DNA of 32,000 nt from an uncultured bacterium (GCA_963699255.1 OY969425.1:1080001-1112000); one strand, 5' to 3'. Counted from the first letter of the stretch, positions 16,979 through 25,081 are shown. A program made the numbers and translations. Notes: generated by a model not told the origin, from the letters alone.

Positions 16979-17746
16979 TTACTTGATCAACCTTCTCTTC
17001 ATGAAAAAAAGGCCAAGAAAGAAGGCGACGGCTTCAAATGCCACAATAACGAACAGATTTACCAGCAGCCCCTTGTCATAAACTCCGCTGAAGATAGCCC
17101 TTGAGAGCACCACCCCGTGCGTCAACGGGAGAAAATTCGCAAGGGCCGCGACCCAACCCGGGAATTTATTAAGAGGAAAAAAGACGCCGGAGAAAAAGAA
17201 CATCGGCGTGATGAACAGCTCGGAATAATAGTTGAAAAAGTCGAAATTCGGCGCGAATGCCGTGACTATCATCGCCAGCGAAGAAAAAAGGAAACCCATC
17301 ATCACCATTAAGAGGAGCATAAGAACGATCCCCATCAATGAGAGATGCACCACTCCAAGCAGCGCCGCCACTATCACAAGCAGCAGGCCGTTGATCATCC
17401 CCCTCGTCACACCCCACGCGACATCCCCCGCGACGACATCCTCCGCCGAAACCGGCGAAGATATCAGCGCGTCATATATCTTTTCATGGATCATCCTCAC
17501 GAACGTACCGTACAGGCACTCGAACGTGGAAGCCATCATGACGGTAGAGATCAATATGCCGGGGACAAGGAATTCAAGGTATGGACGGTCGCCGATCACG
17601 CCGATATATGACCCCAGCCCTATCCCGAAAGTAATCAGGTAGAAAAGCGGCTCGCCGAGGCTCACAAGAAAAGTGGGAATGACGAACCTCTTGTATGACA
17701 TCAGGTTCCTTTTCCAAACATAATATATCCTGTACGAAAGGTTCAT
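16979..17746 (-). CDS. ABC-2 type transporter permease
   Basis: The 255-aa product has six predicted TM segments. Its start overlaps the upstream ATPase stop by 4 bp. The architecture is NodJ/DrrB-like. Confidence 0.8.
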   Translation of the reverse strand: MNLSYRIYYVWKRNLMSYKRFVIPTFLVSLGEPLFYLITFGIGLGSYIGVIGDRPYLEFLVPGILISTVMMASTFECLYGTFVRMIHEKIYDALISSPVSAEDVVAGDVAWGVTRGMINGLLLVIVAALLGVVHLSLMGIVLMLLLMVMMGFLFSSLAMIVTAFAPNFDFFNYYSELFITPMFFFSGVFFPLNKFPGWVAALANFLPLTHGVVLSRAIFSGVYDKGLLVNLFVIVAFEAVAFFLGLFFMKRRLIK

Positions 17747-18660
17747 TCAAGTAAACTCCTTCCCGTAAGCTTAAGGAAAACATCTTCAAGAGAAGCCGGA
17801 CGGTTGAAATAATTCGTCAGGTTGAGCTCGACCAGTTTTTTCATCAGCTCGTGGCCATCCCTGCAGTAGAAATACAGGGTGTCCCCCACCCTTTCATACC
17901 CGCAACTTGAACCGGAAAGAAGCCCTATCAGCCTGTCGTCCCCCTCTTTCGGCATCCTGATCTCAACGACCTCCCTGCCGATCTCTTTTTCTATGAGGTC
18001 TTTCGGAACGCCTTCCTTCAGCACCTTTCCCTTGTGCATTATGATGAGCCTGTCGCACAGCTGTTCGGCCTCTTCCATATATTGTGTAGTAAGTATAAGA
18101 GTTACACCCTTGGATTTAAGCTGCCTCAGCCTCTGCCATATAAGATGCCTGGCCTGAGGGTCAAGGCCGGTCGTGGGTTCATCAGCGATTATGAGCTTGG
18201 GCTCGTTGATCAACGCCCTCGCGATAAGTAGCCGACGCTTCATTCCGGTGGAGAGCTCGTCGATCCTGCTATCCGCCTTGGCCTCCAGCTCAACGAACTT
18301 CAGAAGTTCCTTTATCCTTTTCTTGCCGGTACTATTTGGAATGTCAAAGAATTGGGAAAAAATGATCAGATTCTCGTATACGGTGAGGTCCGAGTCAAGA
18401 TTGACCTCCTGAGGCATTACCCCTGTGATCTTCCTTATCTGGCGGCTGTCAACGCTGACGGTCGCACCGTTAACCTTAAGCTCCCCGCTTGTGACGGGGG
18501 AAACGCAGTTGATCATTTTGACGGTGCTTGTCTTTCCCGCTCCGTTCGGCCCCAATATCCCGAAACACTCGCCTTCATATATATCGAATGATATGCCGTC
18601 AACAGCAGTAACATCATTGAATTTTTTTGTAAGATCTTTTGCGGTGATAAAATATCGCAT
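17743..18660 (-). CDS. ABC transporter ATP-binding protein (DrrA/NodI-like)
   Basis: It has Walker A GPNGAGKTS, signature LSTGMKRRL and Walker B LIIADEPTTGLD. Confidence 0.9.
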   Translation of the reverse strand: MRYFITAKDLTKKFNDVTAVDGISFDIYEGECFGILGPNGAGKTSTVKMINCVSPVTSGELKVNGATVSVDSRQIRKITGVMPQEVNLDSDLTVYENLIIFSQFFDIPNSTGKKRIKELLKFVELEAKADSRIDELSTGMKRRLLIARALINEPKLIIADEPTTGLDPQARHLIWQRLRQLKSKGVTLILTTQYMEEAEQLCDRLIIMHKGKVLKEGVPKDLIEKEIGREVVEIRMPKEGDDRLIGLLSGSSCGYERVGDTLYFYCRDGHELMKKLVELNLTNYFNRPASLEDVFLKLTGRSLLE

Positions 18661-18702
18661 CCAGCATATTATACTTTATCAGGAAGAAAAATTAAAGCGT
18701 CA

Positions 18703-18731
18703 TTGACCTCAACACGCCGGCCTGATAGTAT
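18703..18731 (+). promoter_or_regulatory. Promoter TTGACC-17-TAGTAT upstream of the TPP riboswitch
   Basis: The hexamers are TTGACC (18703..18708) and TAGTAT (18726..18731). Confidence 0.55.
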
Positions 18732-18737
18732 TTGCGC

Positions 18738-18830
18738 GTCGATAAGGGGAGCCCATGAATGTGGGGCTGAGAACTCCGAATTGATCGGAGGACCCGTTGA
18801 ACTTGATCAGGTTAAAACCTGCGAAAGGAG
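18738..18830 (+). promoter_or_regulatory. TPP (THI-box) riboswitch, probably acting on translation
   Basis: The sequence AGGGGAGCC...GGGGCTGAGA...ACCCGTTGAACTTGATCAGGTTAAAACCTGCGAAAGGAG matches the conserved THI-box cores (GGGG.GC, CUGAGA, ACCC..GAACcUGAUC.GG.UAA.aCC.GCG.AGG). The RBS AAGGAG lies in the 3' closing strand, 7 nt before ATG 18837. Confidence 0.85.
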
Positions 18831-18836
18831 AAAATA

Positions 18837-19877
18837 ATGAACACAGACAAACTGCCCGAACTCGGAAAGATCCATCCTGACTTCTTCGACCGCGTGATAT
18901 ATCCCCGCTTGGGGGCTGATGATAAGAACATAGTGATCGGGCCCAGGCACGGCGTTGATTACGGGGTATTAAAGGTCGGCGACAAATATCTGGCGATATC
19001 CACAGACCCGTTCTTCATAGTCCCTTCCTTCGGATTCTCAAAAGCCGCGTGGTTCGGATTACATATAATACTATGCGATGTCGCGGTATCGGGACTTAAA
19101 CCAAGATACCTGACGATCGACCTCAACCTGCCTCCCGAGATGACCGAAGTTCAGCTGGAAGAAATGTGGGAGACCGTACATTCGGAATCGAAAAAATACG
19201 GCATAAGCGTGATCACAGGCCACACCGCGCGCTATACCGGATGTAACTATCCCATGGTCGGCGGAGCGACCGCCATCGCTATCGGCGGTGAAAAAGACCT
19301 GAGAGGCCCTCAAAAGGTGAAAGCCGGGGACAAGATCATCATAACGAAAGGCCCCGCAATAGAGACGACCGGCCTGCTTGCAGTCCTGTTCCCTCAAAAA
19401 TTCATTGAGGCCGGCGGCAAAGCTTTCCAGAAAGAGGCCGCGGATATTTTTGCCCAGATGTCGGTGATGGATGACTGCGCCATCGCGCGTGAATTTCCCG
19501 GGACCCGCGTTATGCACGACGCGACGGAGTGCGGGATATGGGGCGGACTTTACGAGATGGCGAAGGCGGGGAAATATGGAATAAGGGTTGAGGAGGAATT
19601 GATACCTATTCAGCCCGTAATCAAGAAGACCGCTGAACTTTTCAAGTTCGATCCTTTCTGCTCGATAAGCGAAGGAACTCTCATTGCGATCGTTGACGGG
19701 AAGGAAGCCGATGAACTCGTTGCTGCGTTTAAGAGAAACGGGATATTAAGCGCGGTCGTCGGCGATGTTCTGGCAGGGAACAAGGGGATCAAGATAGTCA
19801 GCGAAGGAAAAGAAAGAACGCTCGAACACCCTAAGATCGATCCTTACTGGAAATTAGCCGCGGAGTTTTCCAAGTGA
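18837..19877 (+). CDS. AIR-synthase-related (PurM/HypE/ThiL superfamily) protein under TPP riboswitch control
   Basis: The 346-aa product has a PurM-like N-domain pattern (GVDYGVLKVGDKYLAISTDPFFI, LHIILCDVAVSGLKPRYL, SVITGHTARY) and a C-domain pattern (MHDATECGIWGGLYE). Confidence 0.7.
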   Translation: MNTDKLPELGKIHPDFFDRVIYPRLGADDKNIVIGPRHGVDYGVLKVGDKYLAISTDPFFIVPSFGFSKAAWFGLHIILCDVAVSGLKPRYLTIDLNLPPEMTEVQLEEMWETVHSESKKYGISVITGHTARYTGCNYPMVGGATAIAIGGEKDLRGPQKVKAGDKIIITKGPAIETTGLLAVLFPQKFIEAGGKAFQKEAADIFAQMSVMDDCAIAREFPGTRVMHDATECGIWGGLYEMAKAGKYGIRVEEELIPIQPVIKKTAELFKFDPFCSISEGTLIAIVDGKEADELVAAFKRNGILSAVVGDVLAGNKGIKIVSEGKERTLEHPKIDPYWKLAAEFSK

Positions 19878-19885
19878 GCTTTGAA

Positions 19886-20791
19886 CTAAAGGCTTGGTTT
19901 TAATTCTTTCTTCAGGCCCGTGTCTATCTTTAGCTTCATGCCGACTTTAAGCTGGCTTAAATTGGCGAGCCCGTTCATCTGGGCAATTTCTTTATAATAA
20001 GATGCCGATCCGTTGAAATATTTCCTTGAGATGCTCATCAGCGTTTCCTTGGGCATGACAACATGATAAACGATCCCGCCTGTTGAGGGTTTTATTGAAG
20101 GCTTTATGGAGGGCTTCGGCGAAACCTTATGCGCCGCCTCTACCGTGCCGACCTTTCCGCCTTTTATGTTCAGATCTATCATCAAGCTTGTGCCCTGGGG
20201 AAGATATCCGATATCCGTGATATTGTTCATTTTCGCGATATCCCTGTAATAAGCCGGCGTTCCGAAATATTTCCTTGAAATGCTCATCAGCGTATCGCCC
20301 ATCATTACTTCATGATAAACAATATTGCGGGTCACGGTTTTTGGCTTCTCCGCCTTTTCAGGTATCACAACACCGGCCTGTTCTTCAGGTTTCAATTCGG
20401 GATACTTTTGTTTTATTGCCAGGATCCTCTGTCCTATTTTATTTTCCCGGTCAGCCATGACGCGCTCCGCTGCCTGAAGCTCTGATACCTTTTTTGTGTC
20501 ATCAGCCGTTTTTGCCTTAATGATCTTCTTGTTCAGATTGTCCATATAATTATCGATATTCTCACGCTGTGCCTCCAACGATGTCAGTTCTGTTTTAGCA
20601 TTTTCAGTTTCCGTGTTTCCGGCTGTAACTTCAACTGTCGGGGCAACGGGTTTGGATTCGGTCGTTTGCGTTTGAATAGGGGCGGTTTCTTCCTTTGGAG
20701 CTTCAGGGGCGGGGCCACCCATTGCAAAGGCAGCAGTTCCCACAAGGACCGCGAACAAAAAAGCCGAAATTAAGATCGCTCTATGTTTCAT
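19886..20791 (-). CDS. Secreted protein with two LysM domains
   Basis: I prefer ATG 20791 (MKHRAILISAFLFAVLVGTAAFA signal peptide) over the longer ORF reaching 20887. A coiled-coil-like middle region is present. There are two LysM motifs: IVYHEVMMGDTLMSISRKYFGTPAYYRDIAKMNNI and IVYHVVMPKETLMSISRKYFNGSASYYKEIAQMNGL. Confidence 0.8.
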   Translation of the reverse strand: MKHRAILISAFLFAVLVGTAAFAMGGPAPEAPKEETAPIQTQTTESKPVAPTVEVTAGNTETENAKTELTSLEAQRENIDNYMDNLNKKIIKAKTADDTKKVSELQAAERVMADRENKIGQRILAIKQKYPELKPEEQAGVVIPEKAEKPKTVTRNIVYHEVMMGDTLMSISRKYFGTPAYYRDIAKMNNITDIGYLPQGTSLMIDLNIKGGKVGTVEAAHKVSPKPSIKPSIKPSTGGIVYHVVMPKETLMSISRKYFNGSASYYKEIAQMNGLANLSQLKVGMKLKIDTGLKKELKPSL

Positions 20792-20923
20792 ATCTGTGCG
20801 GATTCTATCACACATTAATTCACGAGTAAATATACGCACCAAAATTTTCAATCGATCGGGTCCTCCCTCATAACCTAACAATTTCACGATCCCCTCAATT
20901 CCATCGAGGCGCTCTAAGAAAAA

Positions 20924-20998
<75 letters not shown>

Positions 20999-21117
20999 AC
21001 GGCTACGCCATAATGTCCAATTTCAAATGGCAAATGTCAAATTAAATCCAGTTTAAAATCCCTAATTTGGCATTTGTCATTGGTCATTTGTCATTCCATT
21101 CCGACCCCCGGTCGGGA

Positions 21118-21146
21118 TGGTGGCTCGACCCGTTTCCTGCCGAGCC
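21118..21146 (-). other. Acceptor-stem-like microhelix with an encoded ACCA end, in the tRNA-Pro leader
   Basis: The minus strand reads GGCTCGG-CAGGAAACGGG-TCGAGCC-ACCA, with a 7-bp stem (the last pair is G-T). It sits 9 nt downstream of the -10 box. Confidence 0.45.
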
Positions 21147-21155
21147 ATCCCTCTG

Positions 21156-21184
21156 ATTATACCCAACACTATTCACGGGTGCAA
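21156..21184 (-). promoter_or_regulatory. Promoter TTGCAC-17-TATAAT reading toward tRNA-Pro
   Basis: The minus strand reads cTTGCACccgtgaatagtgttgggTATAATcagaggg. It lies about 160 nt upstream of the mature tRNA-Pro 5' end. Confidence 0.6.
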
Positions 21185-21217
21185 GAAAAAGGATTTACAT
21201 AGGCTATAGCTAGAGGG

Positions 21218-21262
21218 AACAGCGGTCTTCGCTTCCCCCACACCCCCGCGAAGACCGCTGTT
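21218..21262 (-). terminator. Perfect 15-bp stem hairpin immediately after the protease stop codon, a likely operon terminator
   Basis: The structure is AACAGCGGTCTTCGC-(15 nt)-GCGAAGACCGCTGTT. There is no clear U-tract, so intrinsic termination is not certain. Confidence 0.5.
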
Positions 21263-21268
21263 AATTAA

Positions 21269-22000
21269 TCATGATTCTTTCTTTTTTTGAGATAGCGCAC
21301 TTTCTATGCCAAATAAAATTAAATGTGCTGAGCAAGCCAAGGAGATGCCGGAATTATAAGGTAGCTTTGCAACGCGTTTATTATTATCATCATATAAAGA
21401 AATTGAGTCGGGCAAAAACCCATATATTATTCCAATAAATTTCCCATCTTCTTGGGAGAATACTGGGGAGCCACTATTCCCGTGGCTGGCAGCCCCGTCA
21501 ATCAATAAAACATTTTTATCTTTTGTGATATTGGCAATGCTCCCTCGTCTAATAAACGGCTTAAATTGCAATTCTTCATTAGCAAGTCCCAATGGGTATC
21601 CTAAATATACAACAAATAAGCCCTCTTTAATCTCGCTATGCTGTTTCAGCTCGTCAACATCTAGTAATTCGCGCGGCCCAAACACTTCCTCCAGCGTTTT
21701 ACCAACATCCTCTTGCCTATGTGGTATTGAAAATAATGCCAAATCAAGGTTTGTATGAGCAGTTTCAAACTTGACTTTTCTTATTATCCTCTTATCGGGA
21801 TTAAGAAGCACTTTTATTTCACCATTTCTTGCAAGTTGGCCTACATGTTTATTTGTTAAAATAAAAGGAACAAATTCATCTTGCGATATCTTCTTTTGTA
21901 TAAGTGTGCCAGTCATTGATGGTGTTTCACGCTCCCAATCCAATATTGCAACAACACTTTTGTGACGTTTAATGTAAATTTCCCTGGTATCAATCGCCAT
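21269..22000 (-). CDS. Trypsin-like (S1/Trypsin_2-type) serine protease, with no signal peptide
   Basis: The catalytic-triad context is ILTNKHV (His), NLDLALF (Asp) and GAASHGNSGSPVF (Ser). The product is 243 aa. Confidence 0.75.
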   Translation of the reverse strand: MAIDTREIYIKRHKSVVAILDWERETPSMTGTLIQKKISQDEFVPFILTNKHVGQLARNGEIKVLLNPDKRIIRKVKFETAHTNLDLALFSIPHRQEDVGKTLEEVFGPRELLDVDELKQHSEIKEGLFVVYLGYPLGLANEELQFKPFIRRGSIANITKDKNVLLIDGAASHGNSGSPVFSQEDGKFIGIIYGFLPDSISLYDDNNKRVAKLPYNSGISLACSAHLILFGIESALSQKKKES

Positions 22001-22124
22001 ATTGTTTCATGCCCCCTTTCTCAATCATCTCTTTACCCTGCCATTCTATTAATTATTTCCTGAATCATCTCAAGATGTTTAATTTTGTTTGACATCATTT
22101 AGCCTTCAATAAATCGCTCTAAAA

Positions 22125-23114
22125 TTATTTGCACAACAAATATTTAACTTTATTGCCTGACCCAACACATTTAATTTTACCTTCAGAAGCGAGTTCTTTT
22201 ACATATTTACAGACCGTGAGATATCCCCTTCTAATTGTATGTGATATTTCATTTATAGATAGTTTGTCCGCAGTTTGCAACAATTGAATAATTTGCTGCT
22301 TACTTTCCATCTTTCTTTCTTTAGCCTCTCTTGATCTTGCTTCCACGGTTTTTGAAAATGCTGCTAATGTATTAGGATGCATTCTATGTTTAGGCCTTTC
22401 GATACCATATTCTATTCTAAATTTATGTATATTCCCCCAATACCGATTAATCTTCCTCCAAGTTAACGCCCAAGACATCCTCGAGCTTAGTTCTGTTGTG
22501 CTGGGATGATGCCCTAAGCAATCAACTATCTGCTGATACCCTTGCAAGCATTTCCCAATCCTTTGTTGCCTTTTGTATTCACCATAATCAATATTAAAAT
22601 GCTTAATAAGTAACTTTAAGTCAATATTATCAATATTAAGCTTCTCGCATAATTCGTTTGTATTAAATGTTTCTCTGATAGCCGCGATAATCCTATCCCT
22701 TGAATATGAGGTGACAAGCTTTTCAATGTTATGCACCTTGTGCCTTTCATAAACAAATAACCCGTACTTACCGCCCTTTTCCAATAATTGTCTTACGCGT
22801 TCCCTTGTAACATTTAATTCATCTCCAACTTTTTGTAACGTTAAATATTTATCATATAGTGTTTTTACCTCCATCAAATGTTTTGCTACATCAGGGGAAA
22901 CAGGCCTCTCTATCCCCAACCTTTTTCGAAGTTCAAATATTCCAATCCCTCCATCAGGATCAAGCAACTCTAAAAGAAATGAATACGGCACATTAAGTAT
23001 TTGTGCTACCTTAACCAAGGAATAAGCATTTCGCCACATTCTAATAATCTCATACTTAATGGCCTCAGAATTCTTGGTGTTAAACAATAACTGCAGTTTT
23101 TTTAATGGCTTCAT
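22125..23114 (-). CDS. Multi-HTH DNA-binding protein with sigma-70 region-4-like repeats and a C-terminal winged helix
   Basis: It contains LTLQKVGDELNVTRERVRQLLEKG (sigma r4-like), SLVKVAQILNVPYSFLLELL and RYWGNIHKFRIEYGI. The C-terminal region is LSINEISHTIRRGYLTVCKYVKELASEGKIK. Its start overlaps the GHKL gene stop by 4 bp (ATGA). Confidence 0.6.
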   Translation of the reverse strand: MKPLKKLQLLFNTKNSEAIKYEIIRMWRNAYSLVKVAQILNVPYSFLLELLDPDGGIGIFELRKRLGIERPVSPDVAKHLMEVKTLYDKYLTLQKVGDELNVTRERVRQLLEKGGKYGLFVYERHKVHNIEKLVTSYSRDRIIAAIRETFNTNELCEKLNIDNIDLKLLIKHFNIDYGEYKRQQRIGKCLQGYQQIVDCLGHHPSTTELSSRMSWALTWRKINRYWGNIHKFRIEYGIERPKHRMHPNTLAAFSKTVEARSREAKERKMESKQQIIQLLQTADKLSINEISHTIRRGYLTVCKYVKELASEGKIKCVGSGNKVKYLLCK

Positions 23115-24853
23115 TCTTCTGTCTCTTTAGGCGCCTGTTTTGAGGCAAGCCGGGCTAACTCATTGTAGACTTGATTAAAAATAATAAGGTTCCCTTCGCT
23201 ATAGTCATGGGAAATTTCAGTAAAAGCAACATCACGAACAAGGCTATCCAGACAAGCATCCTTTGAAGCTCTTATATAAAAACTATGCTTTTCGTTGATC
23301 TCAATTAAATTGCTATCCTTTGTAAACTTCACTAAATCTCCTGTTTCTGACATATCTACAGTATTTATATTATAATTCTTGCCTGAATATGCCATTTTTT
23401 CTGCTTTATTAAGACTTTGGTTCCTTCTTTCCCTTTTATCTTTCCCTCTAGTTACAACACCAGCTGCTTTTTTTGCCTCTTCTTCAACCTTATCTAAATT
23501 CGGATAAGGATTATCGGGCGCGTTCTCAATTTCCTTTGTAAACTCTTTTTTAATTTTTGCTTCTAAACTACCCAGAGTAAGCGGATCATCAAGTTTAGAA
23601 ACAATAGTATTTACTTCGGTCTCAACTCGCTTTACTATATTTCGATCCTGTTCCTTCTTTGCAGTTTCATCTTTTTTTAATAACTTATTTTGAACATCAG
23701 AAATTGACTTGTGTCCAAAATCCCAATACTCCCGATATTCAGGACAATCTACGAAATCGTTTTTTGCAAATGTAACAAAGTTTTTAAGCCCGTCCGCTTC
23801 CCCATATCCAAATAACCTATATCGATATCTTCCTCCTGATGTTAATCTAAACAAATCAAACCATTCAGCTTTCTCATTGACAATTCTGCCATTTACTCGC
23901 GTCCATACCCCCTGCTTTGTTACAGGGATAGGCTCTTTGGTGAAATAGATAACTAATTTTACATGGCCAATTAGCTTGAGATCTTTCTCATATTCAAATT
24001 TTTCGTTATACTCAAATTTTGGCTCCTCTATTTCAATATCTTTTCTTTCTCTCTCTTTAATAATTGACATAATTATTTTAAAGTTTTGACTTTTTGGCAT
24101 TTTATTTTCAAATCGTTCAATCAAGCGATCACTATCAATAGTTTTAGCGTTTAATTGTTCCATATAAATTGCTGTACCATGTAAGTCTTTTCCACATTGC
24201 TTTGTGAACACTTTGCTTCTTATTGCACTTACATATTTTGCCTTGTCCAATTCTGCTCTATTCATATTGAAAATATGTTCTTTTCCATCTTTTTTCGTTA
24301 TTATCTTGCATACCTTACATATATTTGTTATTGCTAATTTACCACCCATTCCATATTCGCCAATTGGAGATCTACTAAATTTTGGGGATTTTGAATCAGC
24401 AGTTTTATTACTTTCTCCGTATATTACATATGATGCGAGAGCTTCTTCGTCCATCCCATTTCCATCATCAATAATATTTAAAGCATTTTTGTCATAATCT
24501 AATATTATCTGGACCGTAGTTGCGTCTGCATCATATGCGTTAACAATTAATTCTTCGATATTTGAAGCAAGTTCTTGAAAGGTTCTTTTTGCCATCTTTT
24601 TAATGCCGACTGTTGCAAAATCTCCCCTTAATTCCCATTCCTTAAATTCTTCTCCTTCATTTTCCGATTTAATATTCTCATGGTCATGAATGTAATCCGT
24701 AACAGTCTTTTTTGAGAATTTGTATCTTGATCCAACTTTCCTTCCGGGAAGATCCCCTTTTTCAGCTAATTTATAAAGTGTCTGTCTCGTAATTCCAAGC
24801 AATTTACATGCTTCTTCGGTAGATATTGGTTCCAATAAATTATTTTCATTCAT
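23111..24853 (-). CDS. Fusion of an excisionase/MerR-type HTH with a GHKL (HATPase_c_3, MORC-like) ATPase and a large uncharacterised C-terminal region
   Basis: The HTH is EEACKLLGITRQTLYKLAEKGDLPGRKVGSRYKF. The Bergerat-fold motifs are N-box EELIVNAYDADAT, G1 IIDDGNGMD and G2 IGEYGMGGKLA. The product is 580 aa. RBS GGGAGG is present. Confidence 0.75.
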   Translation of the reverse strand: MNENNLLEPISTEEACKLLGITRQTLYKLAEKGDLPGRKVGSRYKFSKKTVTDYIHDHENIKSENEGEEFKEWELRGDFATVGIKKMAKRTFQELASNIEELIVNAYDADATTVQIILDYDKNALNIIDDGNGMDEEALASYVIYGESNKTADSKSPKFSRSPIGEYGMGGKLAITNICKVCKIITKKDGKEHIFNMNRAELDKAKYVSAIRSKVFTKQCGKDLHGTAIYMEQLNAKTIDSDRLIERFENKMPKSQNFKIIMSIIKERERKDIEIEEPKFEYNEKFEYEKDLKLIGHVKLVIYFTKEPIPVTKQGVWTRVNGRIVNEKAEWFDLFRLTSGGRYRYRLFGYGEADGLKNFVTFAKNDFVDCPEYREYWDFGHKSISDVQNKLLKKDETAKKEQDRNIVKRVETEVNTIVSKLDDPLTLGSLEAKIKKEFTKEIENAPDNPYPNLDKVEEEAKKAAGVVTRGKDKRERRNQSLNKAEKMAYSGKNYNINTVDMSETGDLVKFTKDSNLIEINEKHSFYIRASKDACLDSLVRDVAFTEISHDYSEGNLIIFNQVYNELARLASKQAPKETEE

Positions 24854-24905
24854 AATAGTTCAACCTCCCAATTACTTATTTTAACACATTTACTAATACA
24901 TACAG

Positions 24906-24934
24906 ATATTAACACATATTAACATTTATGTCAA
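24906..24934 (-). promoter_or_regulatory. Strong promoter TTGACA-17-TAATAT for the GHKL operon, overlapped by a tandem 9-bp direct repeat
   Basis: The minus strand reads cTTGACAtaaatgttaatatgtgtTAATATctg. The repeat TGTTAATAT-g-TGTTAATAT (plus-strand coordinates 24906..24924) covers the spacer and the -10 box. Confidence 0.65.
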
Positions 24935-25002
24935 GAGGCAAAATGCTGGGCGCCATTTATAAGAGTGGGGGTCTAAGGAACGCGCCCGCATGTAGTGAAT
25001 GC

Positions 25003-25048
25003 GTTGGGTATAATCAGAGGTCTGGCTCGGCAGGAAACGGGTCGAGCC
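25003..25048. repeat. Inverted copy of the tRNA-Pro promoter and microhelix module
   Basis: gttgggTATAATcagaggtctGGCTCGGCAGGAAACGGGTCGAGCC is the reverse complement of 21122..21167, with a 3-nt difference (tct versus gat). Weaker identity extends to gtgaat (24995..25000). Confidence 0.9.
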
Positions 25049-25081
25049 ATTTTATCGTTCCCGCAAACCATTGCGGATTTT
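25021..25081 (+). ncRNA. Candidate ~60-nt transcript: microhelix fused at the discriminator position to a copy of the tRNA-Met trailer and terminator (a tRNA-gene mimic)
   Basis: The -10 TATAAT lies at 25009..25014. The microhelix GGCTCGG..TCGAGCC-A is at 25024..25049. The trailer follows, with terminator CCGCAA-acca-TTGCGG-ATTTT at 25061..25081. Confidence 0.3.

Noticed and set aside
21000-21100. Repeated TGACAAATG/CCAATG words near tRNAs (also at 28590..28680 and 28790..28880), considered as a possible CRISPR or other array
   Set aside because: There is no regular repeat-spacer periodicity. The words form imperfect palindromes around tRNA promoters and are better explained as leader or promoter architecture.
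22033-22098. A 21-aa ORF (MMSNKIKHLEMIQEIINRMAG) in the gap between the multi-HTH gene and the protease gene
   Set aside because: It is too short and has no clear RBS. It could be a leader peptide or a remnant, but nothing in the sequence supports it.
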